DNA from: Gemmatimonadota bacterium
Lineage (GTDB): Bacteria; Gemmatimonadota; Gemmatimonadetes; Gemmatimonadales; GWC2-71-9
DNA length: 42,394 bases
Assembly: GCA_031365045.1 (NCBI GenBank)
Contig: JANLXK010000283.1
Location: forward strand, 1 to 42,394
Reading direction: 5' to 3'
Shown: one piece after another, positions 23,584 to 32,805 of the stretch
Numbering within the stretch: the first letter of the stretch is position 1
How the letters are laid out: each line of letters starts with the position of its first letter
Notes under the pieces: generated by a model
What the model saw: only the letters and a program-made list of their open reading frames with translations
The model's database searches: none
Told to the model about the DNA's origin: nothing
Program-made: the position numbers and the translations under genes

Positions 23584-25184
23584 CAGGGGGTGGTGAACCG
23601 CACGCCGGTCCAGTGCTGACCGTTGAAGATCGCCGGCACCCGCCATCCGGTGAGGTCGGGCGAGAGGGCCCAGAGATCCACCGGCGCCCAGAGGAAGACC
23701 CAGGGCGCGAGATCGTGCGCGCGGGCATCCGCCTGCCGCGCGAGGCGGGCCTGCAGGGCGGTGTCGCTGGTCGTCCGCATCTGGGTCACCACCTGGTCGA
23801 GCTCCGGGTCGCTCAGGAAGGCGCGATTGCCGCCGGTGCCGCGGTTGCTCGAGTGGAAGAGCGGGAAGAGGAACCCCTCCGCGTCGGGGTAGTCGGCATA
23901 CCAGTCGGTGAGGAAGAGGTCGGCCTCGCCCTTGGCGCTCGCGGCCCGGGCGGTGGGGGCGTCGCGTTCGAGGATGGTGACGCGGATCCCCGCTTCGGCC
24001 CAGCTCTGCTGCAGCGACACCGCCAGGCGGGCATATTCGCTCCGGCCGGTGCGCCAGAGCTCGAGGTCGATCCCGTTGGGGTGGCCCGCCTGGGTGAGGA
24101 GCGCCTTGGCTTTGGCCGGGTCGAACGGATAGGGCGTGAGGGTCGAGTCATACCCCGCGAGCCCCGGCGGGAGGGCGCCACCGGTGCGTACCCCGCGGCC
24201 ACCCATCACGGTGCGGAGGATCGTGGCGCCGTCGGTGGCGTAGTTGAGGGCCTGGCGCACCCGGACGTCCTGCAACGGACCGCGGGTGGTGTTGATCGCG
24301 ACGTAGAGTTGCCGGATCGCGGCGCGGCGCTGGAGTTCGGTGGGGTGGGACTGCTCCCACCGCGCCGTCTCCGAGAAGGGCACTTCCGCCACGTGCAGCA
24401 GTCCCGCCTCGTACTCGGCCGCGATCGTCAGCGCTTCCGGGATGATCCGCACCCGGATCGACTCGGCCTCCGCCTGCTCGACGCCCCAGTACTCGGGGTT
24501 CCGGGCGAAGCGCATCTCGCTGCCTCGTTCCCAGGCCGCGAAGCGCCAAGGCCCGCTCCCGACCGGATGGTCGGCGAAGTCGGCCGGCAGGGGCGCGGGC
24601 GCCACTGCCGCGACCGGCATCGCGATGAGCTTGGGGAAGACGCTGAGCGGTGCATCGATCCGGACCACAAGGGTGGTGTCGTCGGCGACGTGGATCCCGG
24701 GGACCGACGTGGCGGAGCCGGCCACGAACGCCTTGGCGCCCGCGATGGGGAGGAGGGGCCACGCGCGGCCGCCACCGGTCTTCGGGTCGAGCGCCCGGAG
24801 CCACGATGCCGCGACGTCTTCCGCGGTGAGCGTCGAGCCGTCGTGGAACTTGATCCCCGACCGAAGGTGGAAGGTGTAGGTCGTGCCGGCGGCGTCGATG
24901 TCCCAGCGTGAGGCGAGCCCGGGGATCAGGTGGCCATCCTGGTCGAATTGGGTGAGCCCGTCGTAAAGCAGCGCGACCATCTCTCCCGACGGGACGTCGG
25001 TCGAGAGGGCGGGATCGAGCGAGCGGGGTTCGTTGGTGAGGTAGTACTGGATCGTCGACGAATGCGACCGACCGCCGCAGGCGGACAGGCCTGCCCCGAG
25101 TGCGAGCGAGGGGAGGAGGGTGGCGAGGAGGAGTCGGCGCACGGGGATCCGGGGGTAAAGGGGGTTGGGGAGGGGTGAGCGCAT
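23583..25184 (-). CDS. ABC transporter substrate-binding protein, family 5 (peptide/nickel)
   Basis: 533 aa with a lipoprotein-type signal (LGAGLSACGG). SBP_bac_5 pattern (YTFHLRSGIKFHDGSTLTAEDV, ADYPDAEGFLFPLF). Confidence 0.85.
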   Translation of the reverse strand: MRSPLPNPLYPRIPVRRLLLATLLPSLALGAGLSACGGRSHSSTIQYYLTNEPRSLDPALSTDVPSGEMVALLYDGLTQFDQDGHLIPGLASRWDIDAAGTTYTFHLRSGIKFHDGSTLTAEDVAASWLRALDPKTGGGRAWPLLPIAGAKAFVAGSATSVPGIHVADDTTLVVRIDAPLSVFPKLIAMPVAAVAPAPLPADFADHPVGSGPWRFAAWERGSEMRFARNPEYWGVEQAEAESIRVRIIPEALTIAAEYEAGLLHVAEVPFSETARWEQSHPTELQRRAAIRQLYVAINTTRGPLQDVRVRQALNYATDGATILRTVMGGRGVRTGGALPPGLAGYDSTLTPYPFDPAKAKALLTQAGHPNGIDLELWRTGRSEYARLAVSLQQSWAEAGIRVTILERDAPTARAASAKGEADLFLTDWYADYPDAEGFLFPLFHSSNRGTGGNRAFLSDPELDQVVTQMRTTSDTALQARLARQADARAHDLAPWVFLWAPVDLWALSPDLTGWRVPAIFNGQHWTGVRFTTP

Positions 25185-25290
25185 CCTTAGATACCCCCGG
25201 TCCGCACTATCAATTAATTTGACAGTCGGCCGCTAAGTCCAAGAAGCTAGGCCATTTGTCCACCCTGCGTCAACGTAGCCTGGGAGGCCC

Positions 25291-27444
25291 GTGCCACCTT
25301 CATTCCCCCTGATCCAGCGACTCGCCATCCTCGGCGTGATCGGGGTGGCCGGCAGCGTGGGGGTCCGGGAGGGGGCGGCACAGGCGCGGCCGAGCGAGAA
25401 TCAGACGGCCTCCGGGCTGGTGATACGCGGGCTCGGGTTCAAGGGGAACAAGGCGTATACCGACGAGGTGCTCGTCACGACGATCGCGACGACGGCCTCG
25501 TCGGCGTTCGCGCGCTTGTGGATCTTCCGGTGGATGGGACTCGGCGAGAAGCGGCAGCTCGATGAACTCGACTTCCGCCGCGACGTGCTGCGCCTCACCG
25601 CGTATTACCGCGAGGGCGGGTACCTCGACGTCCGCGTGGATACCCTTGTAAAGCGGGCTGCCAAAGACGTCTGGATCACCTTCCGGATCACGGAAGGGAA
25701 GCCTGTCGTGGTCGACTCCTTCGATATCCAGGGGTTCGAAGCGTTCGCGCCCCGCACCCGGAAGACGCTGCTGCAGGACCTCCCGCTCGAAGTGGGGGAT
25801 CCCTTCGATCGTCGGGCAATGCTCGCCACCGCCGACACGCTGCTCGCGCGCTTGCGCGACGTGGGCCGGCCTTCGGCGCAATTGTTCCGGAGCTTCCAGG
25901 TGGACCGCGCCCGCCGGCGGGCCGTGATCGGCTTCGAGGTCGTGCCCGGCCCGGTCGCGATCGTCGGCGCGGCGAACATCACCGGGGTGATCCAGGTGGA
26001 CAGCGGCGTGGTGCGGCGGCTGCTGGTGGCCCAGCCGGGCCAGCAGTTCTCGCAACGGGACCTGTACGAGAGTCAGCGGATCCTGTACCAGACCGAACTC
26101 TTCCGCTTCGCGGCGGTCGGGATCGACACGCTGCACTGGAGTCCCGGTGATACCATCGTGCCGATCGACGTGAGCGTCAGCGAGGCGAAGTTCCGGCGGG
26201 TGCGCGCGGGGGTGGGATACGGGACCAACGACTGCTTCCGGGGCGGGGCGGGCTGGACCGCGCGCAACTGGTTCGGCGGCGGCCGCCAGCTCGACCTCTC
26301 GGCGCGGGCCAGCAAGATCGGCGTGGGCGCGCCTGCCGACTGGGGGCTCGAGCGGGGGATCTGTCCGGAGCTCAAGCGCGACCCGATCGGCTCCGGCCTG
26401 CTCAACTACAACACCACACTGAGCCTCAGGCATCCCGGGTTCTTCTCGCCCTTCAACACCCAGACGACCGCACTCTTCGGTGAGCGGCGGTCGGAGTGGC
26501 AGGTGTACCGGCGTGAGGAGGTCGGTGGCAGCTTCGCGGTGCACCGGGAGACGCCGAAGCGGATCCCGCTCACCGCGACCTACCGGCTCGCGTGGGGCCA
26601 GACCACGGCCCCGGCCATCACCTTCTGCGCCTATTTCAACGCCTGCACCGGTGCTGACATCGACGCACTCCGGTCGCGTGGGCGGCTGGCCACCCTGTCC
26701 GCATTCGTCCGCGTCCCCCGCGCCAATGATCCGCTCGACCCCACCCGCGGGCACAACTTCAGCTTCGAGGCCGTCTGGAGCAGTCGCCTCTTCGGGTCGG
26801 ATCGGCTCACCCAATTCACGCGGGTGCAGTCCGACCTCGCTTGGTACCGCCCGCTCACCCGGAGTGTGACGCTCGCCTGGCGCATCCGTGGCGGGATGCT
26901 CTGGTCGCCGCGGGCCTCGTTCGACAGCGGGAGCGTTTCGTTCGTCCCGCCGGATCAGCGGTTCTACGTCGGCGGGCCCAACGACGTGCGCGGGTTCGAC
27001 CGCAACGAGCTCGGCCCCGTGGTGTACGTGGTGCCCGGCACCTTCGTCACTGCGGGCGGCGAAGTGACCGACACGGGGCAGGTGCAGTCGTACCCCTCCG
27101 GCGGCAACACCTTCGCCGTGGCCAACATCGAGCTCCGTGTCCCGTCGCCGATCTGGTCGTCGCGAGTGCGGTTCGCCTTCTTCACGGACGCCGGCACGCT
27201 CTTCCAGCGGGACAAGGTCGCGCTCACGCCCGTGAAGCTCCGGGTGACCCCTGGCGCCGGGATCCGGATCGCCACCCCGCTCGGTCCGGCCCGCGTCGAC
27301 GTCGGCTACAATCCCTACGCCCGCGCAGAGGGCCCGCTCTACAAGGTCGAGACGAACGGCGACCTCACGCTGGTGCGCGATGCCTTCTCCGCCCCGCGCG
27401 GGAGCCGCTACACCTTCCACATCTCCGTGGGGCAGGCGTTCTGA
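25291..27444 (+). CDS. tamA: Omp85/BamA-family outer membrane protein, TamA-like (POTRA repeats plus beta-barrel)
   Basis: POTRA-like repeats (IRGLGFKGNKAYTDEVL, FDIQGFEAF) and a barrel ending ...YTFHISVGQAF. GTG 25291 follows GGGAGG. Its stop overlaps the TamB start. Confidence 0.8.
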   Translation: MPPSFPLIQRLAILGVIGVAGSVGVREGAAQARPSENQTASGLVIRGLGFKGNKAYTDEVLVTTIATTASSAFARLWIFRWMGLGEKRQLDELDFRRDVLRLTAYYREGGYLDVRVDTLVKRAAKDVWITFRITEGKPVVVDSFDIQGFEAFAPRTRKTLLQDLPLEVGDPFDRRAMLATADTLLARLRDVGRPSAQLFRSFQVDRARRRAVIGFEVVPGPVAIVGAANITGVIQVDSGVVRRLLVAQPGQQFSQRDLYESQRILYQTELFRFAAVGIDTLHWSPGDTIVPIDVSVSEAKFRRVRAGVGYGTNDCFRGGAGWTARNWFGGGRQLDLSARASKIGVGAPADWGLERGICPELKRDPIGSGLLNYNTTLSLRHPGFFSPFNTQTTALFGERRSEWQVYRREEVGGSFAVHRETPKRIPLTATYRLAWGQTTAPAITFCAYFNACTGADIDALRSRGRLATLSAFVRVPRANDPLDPTRGHNFSFEAVWSSRLFGSDRLTQFTRVQSDLAWYRPLTRSVTLAWRIRGGMLWSPRASFDSGSVSFVPPDQRFYVGGPNDVRGFDRNELGPVVYVVPGTFVTAGGEVTDTGQVQSYPSGGNTFAVANIELRVPSPIWSSRVRFAFFTDAGTLFQRDKVALTPVKLRVTPGAGIRIATPLGPARVDVGYNPYARAEGPLYKVETNGDLTLVRDAFSAPRGSRYTFHISVGQAF

Positions 27445-30400
27445 TGCGGCGCCTCCCGCTCGCCTTCGTGAAGGCGCTCACGATCGTCCTCCTCGGCCTC
27501 TTCGGGACCGTGGCCGGATCGATCGCGGCGGTCTTCCTCACGCCGGCGGGACGCGGGCTTGCGGGTCGCACCCTCTCCGAACAGCTCGACCAGCTGGTGC
27601 AAGGGGATGTCCAGGTCGGCGCGGTGGGAGGCCCGCTCTGGAGCGGACTCGACGTCGACCGGCTCGTGGTGCGCGACCCCGCGGGGAACGTGGTCCTCGA
27701 AGCGGGCCATCTCGGCGTGCACTACCACCTGTTCGATCTCCTTGCCGGCCGGTTCATCCTGACCGAGGTGACCGTGGACGGCCTTCGCCTGGTGCTCGAA
27801 AAGCACCGGGACGGCCACTGGAACGTCCAACGCATCCTCCGTCCGGCGCAACCCGGCGCGGTCGCGGGCCCGACCCGTCTGATCCGACTGCAGGATCTGA
27901 CCATCCGGAACGGCGAGGTCCGGCTGTACCAGCCATGGAACCCGCCGGACTCCGCCCGTACGCCGAGGGCCGCTGCGGCCGCGCTCGCGGAGGAACGTCG
28001 TCACGTGGGCCGGGACATCGAGGTGGGTCCGGAGGGGTACCGCAAACGCACGCTCTTCACCGATCTCGGGGGCCGGTTCCAGAAGCTGCAGATCTCGTCG
28101 CCCGACCACGCGCCGCTCCACGCCGAGTTCGATTCGCTCGCGGTGCGCGTGAGCGACCCGGTGCTGGATCTCCGCGGCGCGGTCGGTTCCGCCGAACTCA
28201 AGGGGGAGACCCTGACGCTCGATCTGAGCCGGGCGTCACTTCCCGCTTCGCACATGGCGGTGAAGGGGTCCGTCAGCCTCGGCCACGGCGGACCGTTCTT
28301 CAAGCTCGCCGTCGTCGCCTCACAGGTGGCACTCCGCGATCTGCGGGGGTTCGTCGCGGGGCTGCCCGACTTCGCCGGCTCTGCCCAGGCGACGCTCCAC
28401 AGCCACTCCACCGGGCGGCTGACCACGGTCGTCGAGAACCTCGATGTCCGAGGGAGGCAGGGACGCGCCACCGGGCGGCTGACGGCCGTGGCGGGTGGGA
28501 ACAAGGAGCTCGAGTTGAATGGGCTCGATCTGCTGCTCTTCGGTGCCGACCCGCAGGCGATGAGCGGTTGGGTGGACAGCATCCCGCTCCACGGCACACT
28601 CGACGGCCACGTCCTCGCCAACGGCCCGCTCAGCGGGTTGGTGGTGGACGCGGACGTGATCTACCGGGATTCCCGCGTCGCCGGCACGCCGCCCAACCAT
28701 CTGAGCATCCTCGGTCGCCTCCAACTCGGCGGCGCGGCCGGGATGGTGTTCGACACCCTGACGATGCGGGAGTCGGATCTCGATCTCGCGACCGTCCGCG
28801 TGCTGGTCCCCTCGAATCCGCTGATGGGGCGCGCCGCGATCGAGGGGACGCTGGTCGGCCCCTGGCGCGCCTTCACCTGGCGCGGCACCGCCGTCCACCG
28901 GGACGGTGACCGCCCCGTGAGCGTGATGCGGGGGACGGTGTTCCTCGACACGCGGGGCGCGGTCTCGGCATTCGACGCCGACGTCGGCCTTACCCCATTG
29001 GTGCTCGAGGGACTCGCCGGCACCTGGCCGGACCTGCCGGTCGGCGGAAGCCTGCGCGGCACCGTCCACGCCCGCGGCACGATGCAGCGATTCGACCTCG
29101 ATGCCGACTTGCATGGTGCGCCGGGGCACTTCGAAGGGAGCGCGATCGTCAGCTCGGAGGGAGAAGCGTGGGGGTTCGACTCGGTCGACGTGCGCTTCGA
29201 CAGCCTCGACCTCGTCGCCTTCGGTTACCCGACCCTGCACACCCAGCTGCTGGGCACGATCGCCGGCGGCGGGCGCATCGACCCGGCGCAACCTTCGCTC
29301 GGCCACCTGCTCATCACCCTCGGGGCCGGTTGGATCCGTGAGGTGCCGATCGACTCGGCCCGATTCGCGATCGTCAGCGACCCGACGACCCTCGTGATCG
29401 ACACGGCCTTCGTACGCTGGCCCAGCGGGCGCCTCGAAGCGGCAGGCCGCATCGCGCGGACGGCCCCGTCGCAGGGCGTGATCGCCCTGCAGGGGGAGGC
29501 TGCCGATCTCGGCGTGTTCGACTCCCTCGCCAACGTCCTGCTTCACCCCACCGTCGACACGACCCTCGCCTCCCGTCCTCTCGGCGGGCAGGCGGAGTTC
29601 ACCGCGACGGTGGGCGGCGCGCTCGATTCGCTCACGATCGACACCCGCGTCAGCGCCCGCGAAGTGGCGTGGCAACGCTTCCGTCTCCCCGCCGCCCGCT
29701 CGACGCTGGCCTACGGTGGCGGGACCAGCGGCGCCATCCGCTTCGCGGCCACGATCGACACGGCCACCTGGGGTGACTGGAGCATCGGCGCGACCACCCT
29801 CGGCGCGGAAGGTCGTCTCGATTCGCTCCGGTGGAATGTGGCCGGTCTGGTCGGCCCCACGGATTCCGTCGTGGCAGGAGGCCGCTGGCACCAATCTGGG
29901 GATACCCTCGCCGTGGGGATCGACTCGCTGTTCGCGGCGCTCACGGCGCACACCTGGCGGCTGACGGGGCCCGTGACCGTGATCAACAATGCCGGCGCCT
30001 GGCAGGTCGATTCGCTGGTCCTCGCGGCGGCGGATGGCTCGGGGGAGCTCCGATTCACCGGCGTGCTGCCCAGCGAGCGGCCGGGGGTGGCGACGCTCTC
30101 CGCGGTGGGCCTCGATCTGCGCGACGTGATGGGGTTGCTGCAGCGCGACACCGTCGGGACCCTCGGGCGCGGGGCGGCCGATATCACCATTGGCGGCACC
30201 GCGGCGGCGCCGCTCCTGCGGGGGACCTTCTCGCTTTCCGAGGGCGGCTTCCGCGAATTCCGGGCCCCCTATCTGCAGGGCGCCTTCGACTACGGTGCCC
30301 GTCAGTTGCAGGCCACGGTGCTCCTCTGGCGGACCGGGAAGCAAGCGCTGTCCATCTCGGTGGACAGTCTGCCCATCGACCTCGCCTTCCAGAGCGTGCG

Positions 30401-31892
30401 AGACCGTCTCGTCGACGGACCGCTCTTCATCCGTGCCACCGCGGACAGCGCCGACCTCGGCCTGCTGGAGGCGTTCACCACGAATCTTCGCCGCGTGCGC
30501 GGCTCGCTCACCGCCGACGTGATCCTCTCCGGCGGGTGGGGCGACACGAAGCTCGGCGGGACGGTGCAAGTGACCGATGCCGCCGCGACGCTCCCGGGGC
30601 TCGGGGTCCGGTGGGAGCAGCTGAACGCCCGGCTGCACCTCGTCAGCGATTCGGTGATCCTCGATGCGCTCAGCATGCGGGGGGGAGAGGGGACCGCCAG
30701 CGTCACTGGTTCGGCCCGGTTCGAGCGCAACCGCACCCCGATACTCGACTTGGACGTGCGGGCGACCCGCTTCCGTGCGATGGACGTGAGGAACTATCTG
30801 ACCCTGGTCGCCACCGGCAACCTCAAGGTGAGGGGGCCCGTCTTCGGCGCTACACTCACCGGCTCCGGACGCGCCGACGCAGGGGCGCTCTACTTCGCTG
30901 ACCTGGTCACCAAACAGATCGTCGACCTCAACGACCCCGCCACCGCCGATCTCGTCGACACCGCGCTGGTGCGGGAGGCGCGCCTCGGGCCATCACTGCA
31001 GAGCCGGTTCCTCGATTCGCTCCGGATCAACAGCTTCCGCCTCTCCGTAGGTGATGATTTCTGGCTCCGGTCGGCCGACGCCAACATCAAGCTCTCCGGC
31101 TCCGCGACGGTGAACAAGGTGGCGCGGAACTACCGTCTCGACGGTACCCTTACCGCCGAGCGGGGGCAGTACACGCTCAAGATGGGGTTCATCACCCGCG
31201 ACTTCGACGTCCGGCGCGGGACGGTGCGCTTCCTCGGCACCCCCGACCTGAACGCCGAGCTCGACCTGACCGCGGACCACCGGGTCAAGACCACCGACGG
31301 GACCGCCGACATCGACATCCAGGCGTCGATCACGGGGACCCTGCTGGTACCGAAGCTGACGTTGATCAACCCTTCCAACCCGCAGATGGTCGAGACCGAC
31401 ATCGTCTCGTACCTGATGTTCGGCCGGTCGACCGCGGCACTGCAGGGGACCAACACCGCCGAGGGGGCGCGTCAACAGCGCGCGGTCGCTACCGCGTGGT
31501 CGTATCTCGCGCCCGCGCTTTCGAGCGAGATCGAGCGGACGCTCATCTCCGACCTTGGCGTCCCGGTGGACTACATCCAGATCCGGCCCGGCGGCATCGG
31601 CACGAGTTCGATCGAGGGCTCCTCCTCGGCCCTGACCACCCTCAGCGCCGGATGGCAGGTGGGACGGCAGACCTACGTCGCGCTGAATGCGGGGATCTGC
31701 AACGCAAATCCGACCGACGTGAGCTACCGGAACTTCGGCGCCAGCCTCGAGCAGCGCCTGCACCGGGAGTGGCGCGCCACCCTCAGCGTCGAGCCGGTGT
31801 TCACCTGCAGCTCGGCCCCTGGAACCTCGACGCTCGCCAACTCGAGCCTCTACCAGCTGGGTCTTGACCTGCTCTGGGACCGGGAGTACTGA
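27444..31892 (+). CDS. tamB: translocation and assembly module protein TamB (AsmA-like, C-terminal DUF490)
   Basis: ATG 27444 overlaps the tamA stop (TGATG). N-terminal anchor LTIVLLGLFGTVAGSIAAVFL, a roughly 1480-aa beta-rich body, and a DUF490-like C-terminus (DIVSYLMFGRST...). Confidence 0.85.
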   Translation: MRRLPLAFVKALTIVLLGLFGTVAGSIAAVFLTPAGRGLAGRTLSEQLDQLVQGDVQVGAVGGPLWSGLDVDRLVVRDPAGNVVLEAGHLGVHYHLFDLLAGRFILTEVTVDGLRLVLEKHRDGHWNVQRILRPAQPGAVAGPTRLIRLQDLTIRNGEVRLYQPWNPPDSARTPRAAAAALAEERRHVGRDIEVGPEGYRKRTLFTDLGGRFQKLQISSPDHAPLHAEFDSLAVRVSDPVLDLRGAVGSAELKGETLTLDLSRASLPASHMAVKGSVSLGHGGPFFKLAVVASQVALRDLRGFVAGLPDFAGSAQATLHSHSTGRLTTVVENLDVRGRQGRATGRLTAVAGGNKELELNGLDLLLFGADPQAMSGWVDSIPLHGTLDGHVLANGPLSGLVVDADVIYRDSRVAGTPPNHLSILGRLQLGGAAGMVFDTLTMRESDLDLATVRVLVPSNPLMGRAAIEGTLVGPWRAFTWRGTAVHRDGDRPVSVMRGTVFLDTRGAVSAFDADVGLTPLVLEGLAGTWPDLPVGGSLRGTVHARGTMQRFDLDADLHGAPGHFEGSAIVSSEGEAWGFDSVDVRFDSLDLVAFGYPTLHTQLLGTIAGGGRIDPAQPSLGHLLITLGAGWIREVPIDSARFAIVSDPTTLVIDTAFVRWPSGRLEAAGRIARTAPSQGVIALQGEAADLGVFDSLANVLLHPTVDTTLASRPLGGQAEFTATVGGALDSLTIDTRVSAREVAWQRFRLPAARSTLAYGGGTSGAIRFAATIDTATWGDWSIGATTLGAEGRLDSLRWNVAGLVGPTDSVVAGGRWHQSGDTLAVGIDSLFAALTAHTWRLTGPVTVINNAGAWQVDSLVLAAADGSGELRFTGVLPSERPGVATLSAVGLDLRDVMGLLQRDTVGTLGRGAADITIGGTAAAPLLRGTFSLSEGGFREFRAPYLQGAFDYGARQLQATVLLWRTGKQALSISVDSLPIDLAFQSVRDRLVDGPLFIRATADSADLGLLEAFTTNLRRVRGSLTADVILSGGWGDTKLGGTVQVTDAAATLPGLGVRWEQLNARLHLVSDSVILDALSMRGGEGTASVTGSARFERNRTPILDLDVRATRFRAMDVRNYLTLVATGNLKVRGPVFGATLTGSGRADAGALYFADLVTKQIVDLNDPATADLVDTALVREARLGPSLQSRFLDSLRINSFRLSVGDDFWLRSADANIKLSGSATVNKVARNYRLDGTLTAERGQYTLKMGFITRDFDVRRGTVRFLGTPDLNAELDLTADHRVKTTDGTADIDIQASITGTLLVPKLTLINPSNPQMVETDIVSYLMFGRSTAALQGTNTAEGARQQRAVATAWSYLAPALSSEIERTLISDLGVPVDYIQIRPGGIGTSSIEGSSSALTTLSAGWQVGRQTYVALNAGICNANPTDVSYRNFGASLEQRLHREWRATLSVEPVFTCSSAPGTSTLANSSLYQLGLDLLWDREY

Positions 31893-31893
31893 C

Positions 31894-32805
31894 GTGACCC
31901 GCGCGTTGATCATCACCAATCCCGCGGCCGCCCGTACTCGGCCCGAATCGGTCGGGGTCGTCGAGCGCGTCCTGCGGGGCGCCGGGTGGGAGGTGCGGGT
32001 CCTCGCTACCGGGGGCTCGGGCGACGCGCGGCGCCTGGCCGAGGAAGCGGTGCGCGACGGGTACGACGTGGTGGGGGTGTTCGGCGGCGACGGCACCACC
32101 ATGCAGGCCGCGGCCGCCCTGGTCGGCTCGCAGACGGCGCTCGGTGTCCTTCCCGGCGGGACCGGCAACCTCCTTGCCGGGAATCTGCGGATCCCCACCG
32201 ACCCGCGCCGCGCCGCGAAAGTGCTGCTGGCGGGGGTGCGCCGGCCCTTCGACCTCGGGCGGGTGGACCGTGCGGATGGGACCCACTACTTCGCGGTGGC
32301 CGCCGGCGCGGGGGTCGACGCGCAGGTGATGGCGGAGACCGGCTCGGCCGAGAAGCGGAGGTGGGGAATGGGTGCCTACATCGCGACGACGCTGCGGCTC
32401 CTGCCCGAGATCCGGAGCAAGCGCTACCAGATCACGGTCGACGGTCGTGAGTACGAGATGCGCGCCTCCCTGCTGGTCGTGGCCAACTGTGCTGAGGTGA
32501 TCCCGCCGTTCATCAAGTTCCGCCGGGGGACGGCGCCCGATGACGGGTTGTTCGACGTCGTCGCCATTCGCGCCGACACCCTGGGCGAGAGCGTACGGGC
32601 GTTCTGGCAGTTCCTGCGCGAGTCCGATCGCACCGACCCCACGGGGAGCCTCGTCGGCCACGCCCGGGGCAAGGTGGTCACCATCGCCACCGACCCGATC
32701 CTGCCGATGCAGCTCGACGGCGACCTCGCCGGAACGACGCCGTTCACCGCGGAGATCGTCCCCGGGGCGATCCAGGTGCTGGCCCCGGCGCGGAGAGTGT
32801 CGTGA
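31894..32805 (+). CDS. diacylglycerol-kinase-family lipid kinase (YegS/BmrU-like)
   Basis: VVGVFGGDGTT and LPGGTGNLLA motifs. GTG 31894 starts 1 nt after the tamB stop; the track ATG 31864 would overlap tamB. Confidence 0.82.
   Translation: MTRALIITNPAAARTRPESVGVVERVLRGAGWEVRVLATGGSGDARRLAEEAVRDGYDVVGVFGGDGTTMQAAAALVGSQTALGVLPGGTGNLLAGNLRIPTDPRRAAKVLLAGVRRPFDLGRVDRADGTHYFAVAAGAGVDAQVMAETGSAEKRRWGMGAYIATTLRLLPEIRSKRYQITVDGREYEMRASLLVVANCAEVIPPFIKFRRGTAPDDGLFDVVAIRADTLGESVRAFWQFLRESDRTDPTGSLVGHARGKVVTIATDPILPMQLDGDLAGTTPFTAEIVPGAIQVLAPARRVS

Noticed and set aside
25219-25224. TTGACA hexamer and near-palindrome CAATTAATTTG in the SBP/tamA divergent region
   Set aside because: No acceptable -10 hexamer lies at 16-18 nt spacing on the + strand. 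I could not support a specific promoter or operator call.
25733-25740. GGTTCGAA, a tRNA T-arm-like string
   Set aside because: It is embedded in tamA coding sequence with no surrounding cloverleaf. No tRNA-sized intergenic gap exists in the window.
26841-27443. Upstream extension of the tamB reading frame (track ORF starts at 26841)
   Set aside because: The extension overlaps the tamA barrel-coding region and translates to Arg/Pro-rich junk. ATG 27444 gives a proper N-terminal membrane anchor and overlaps the tamA stop.
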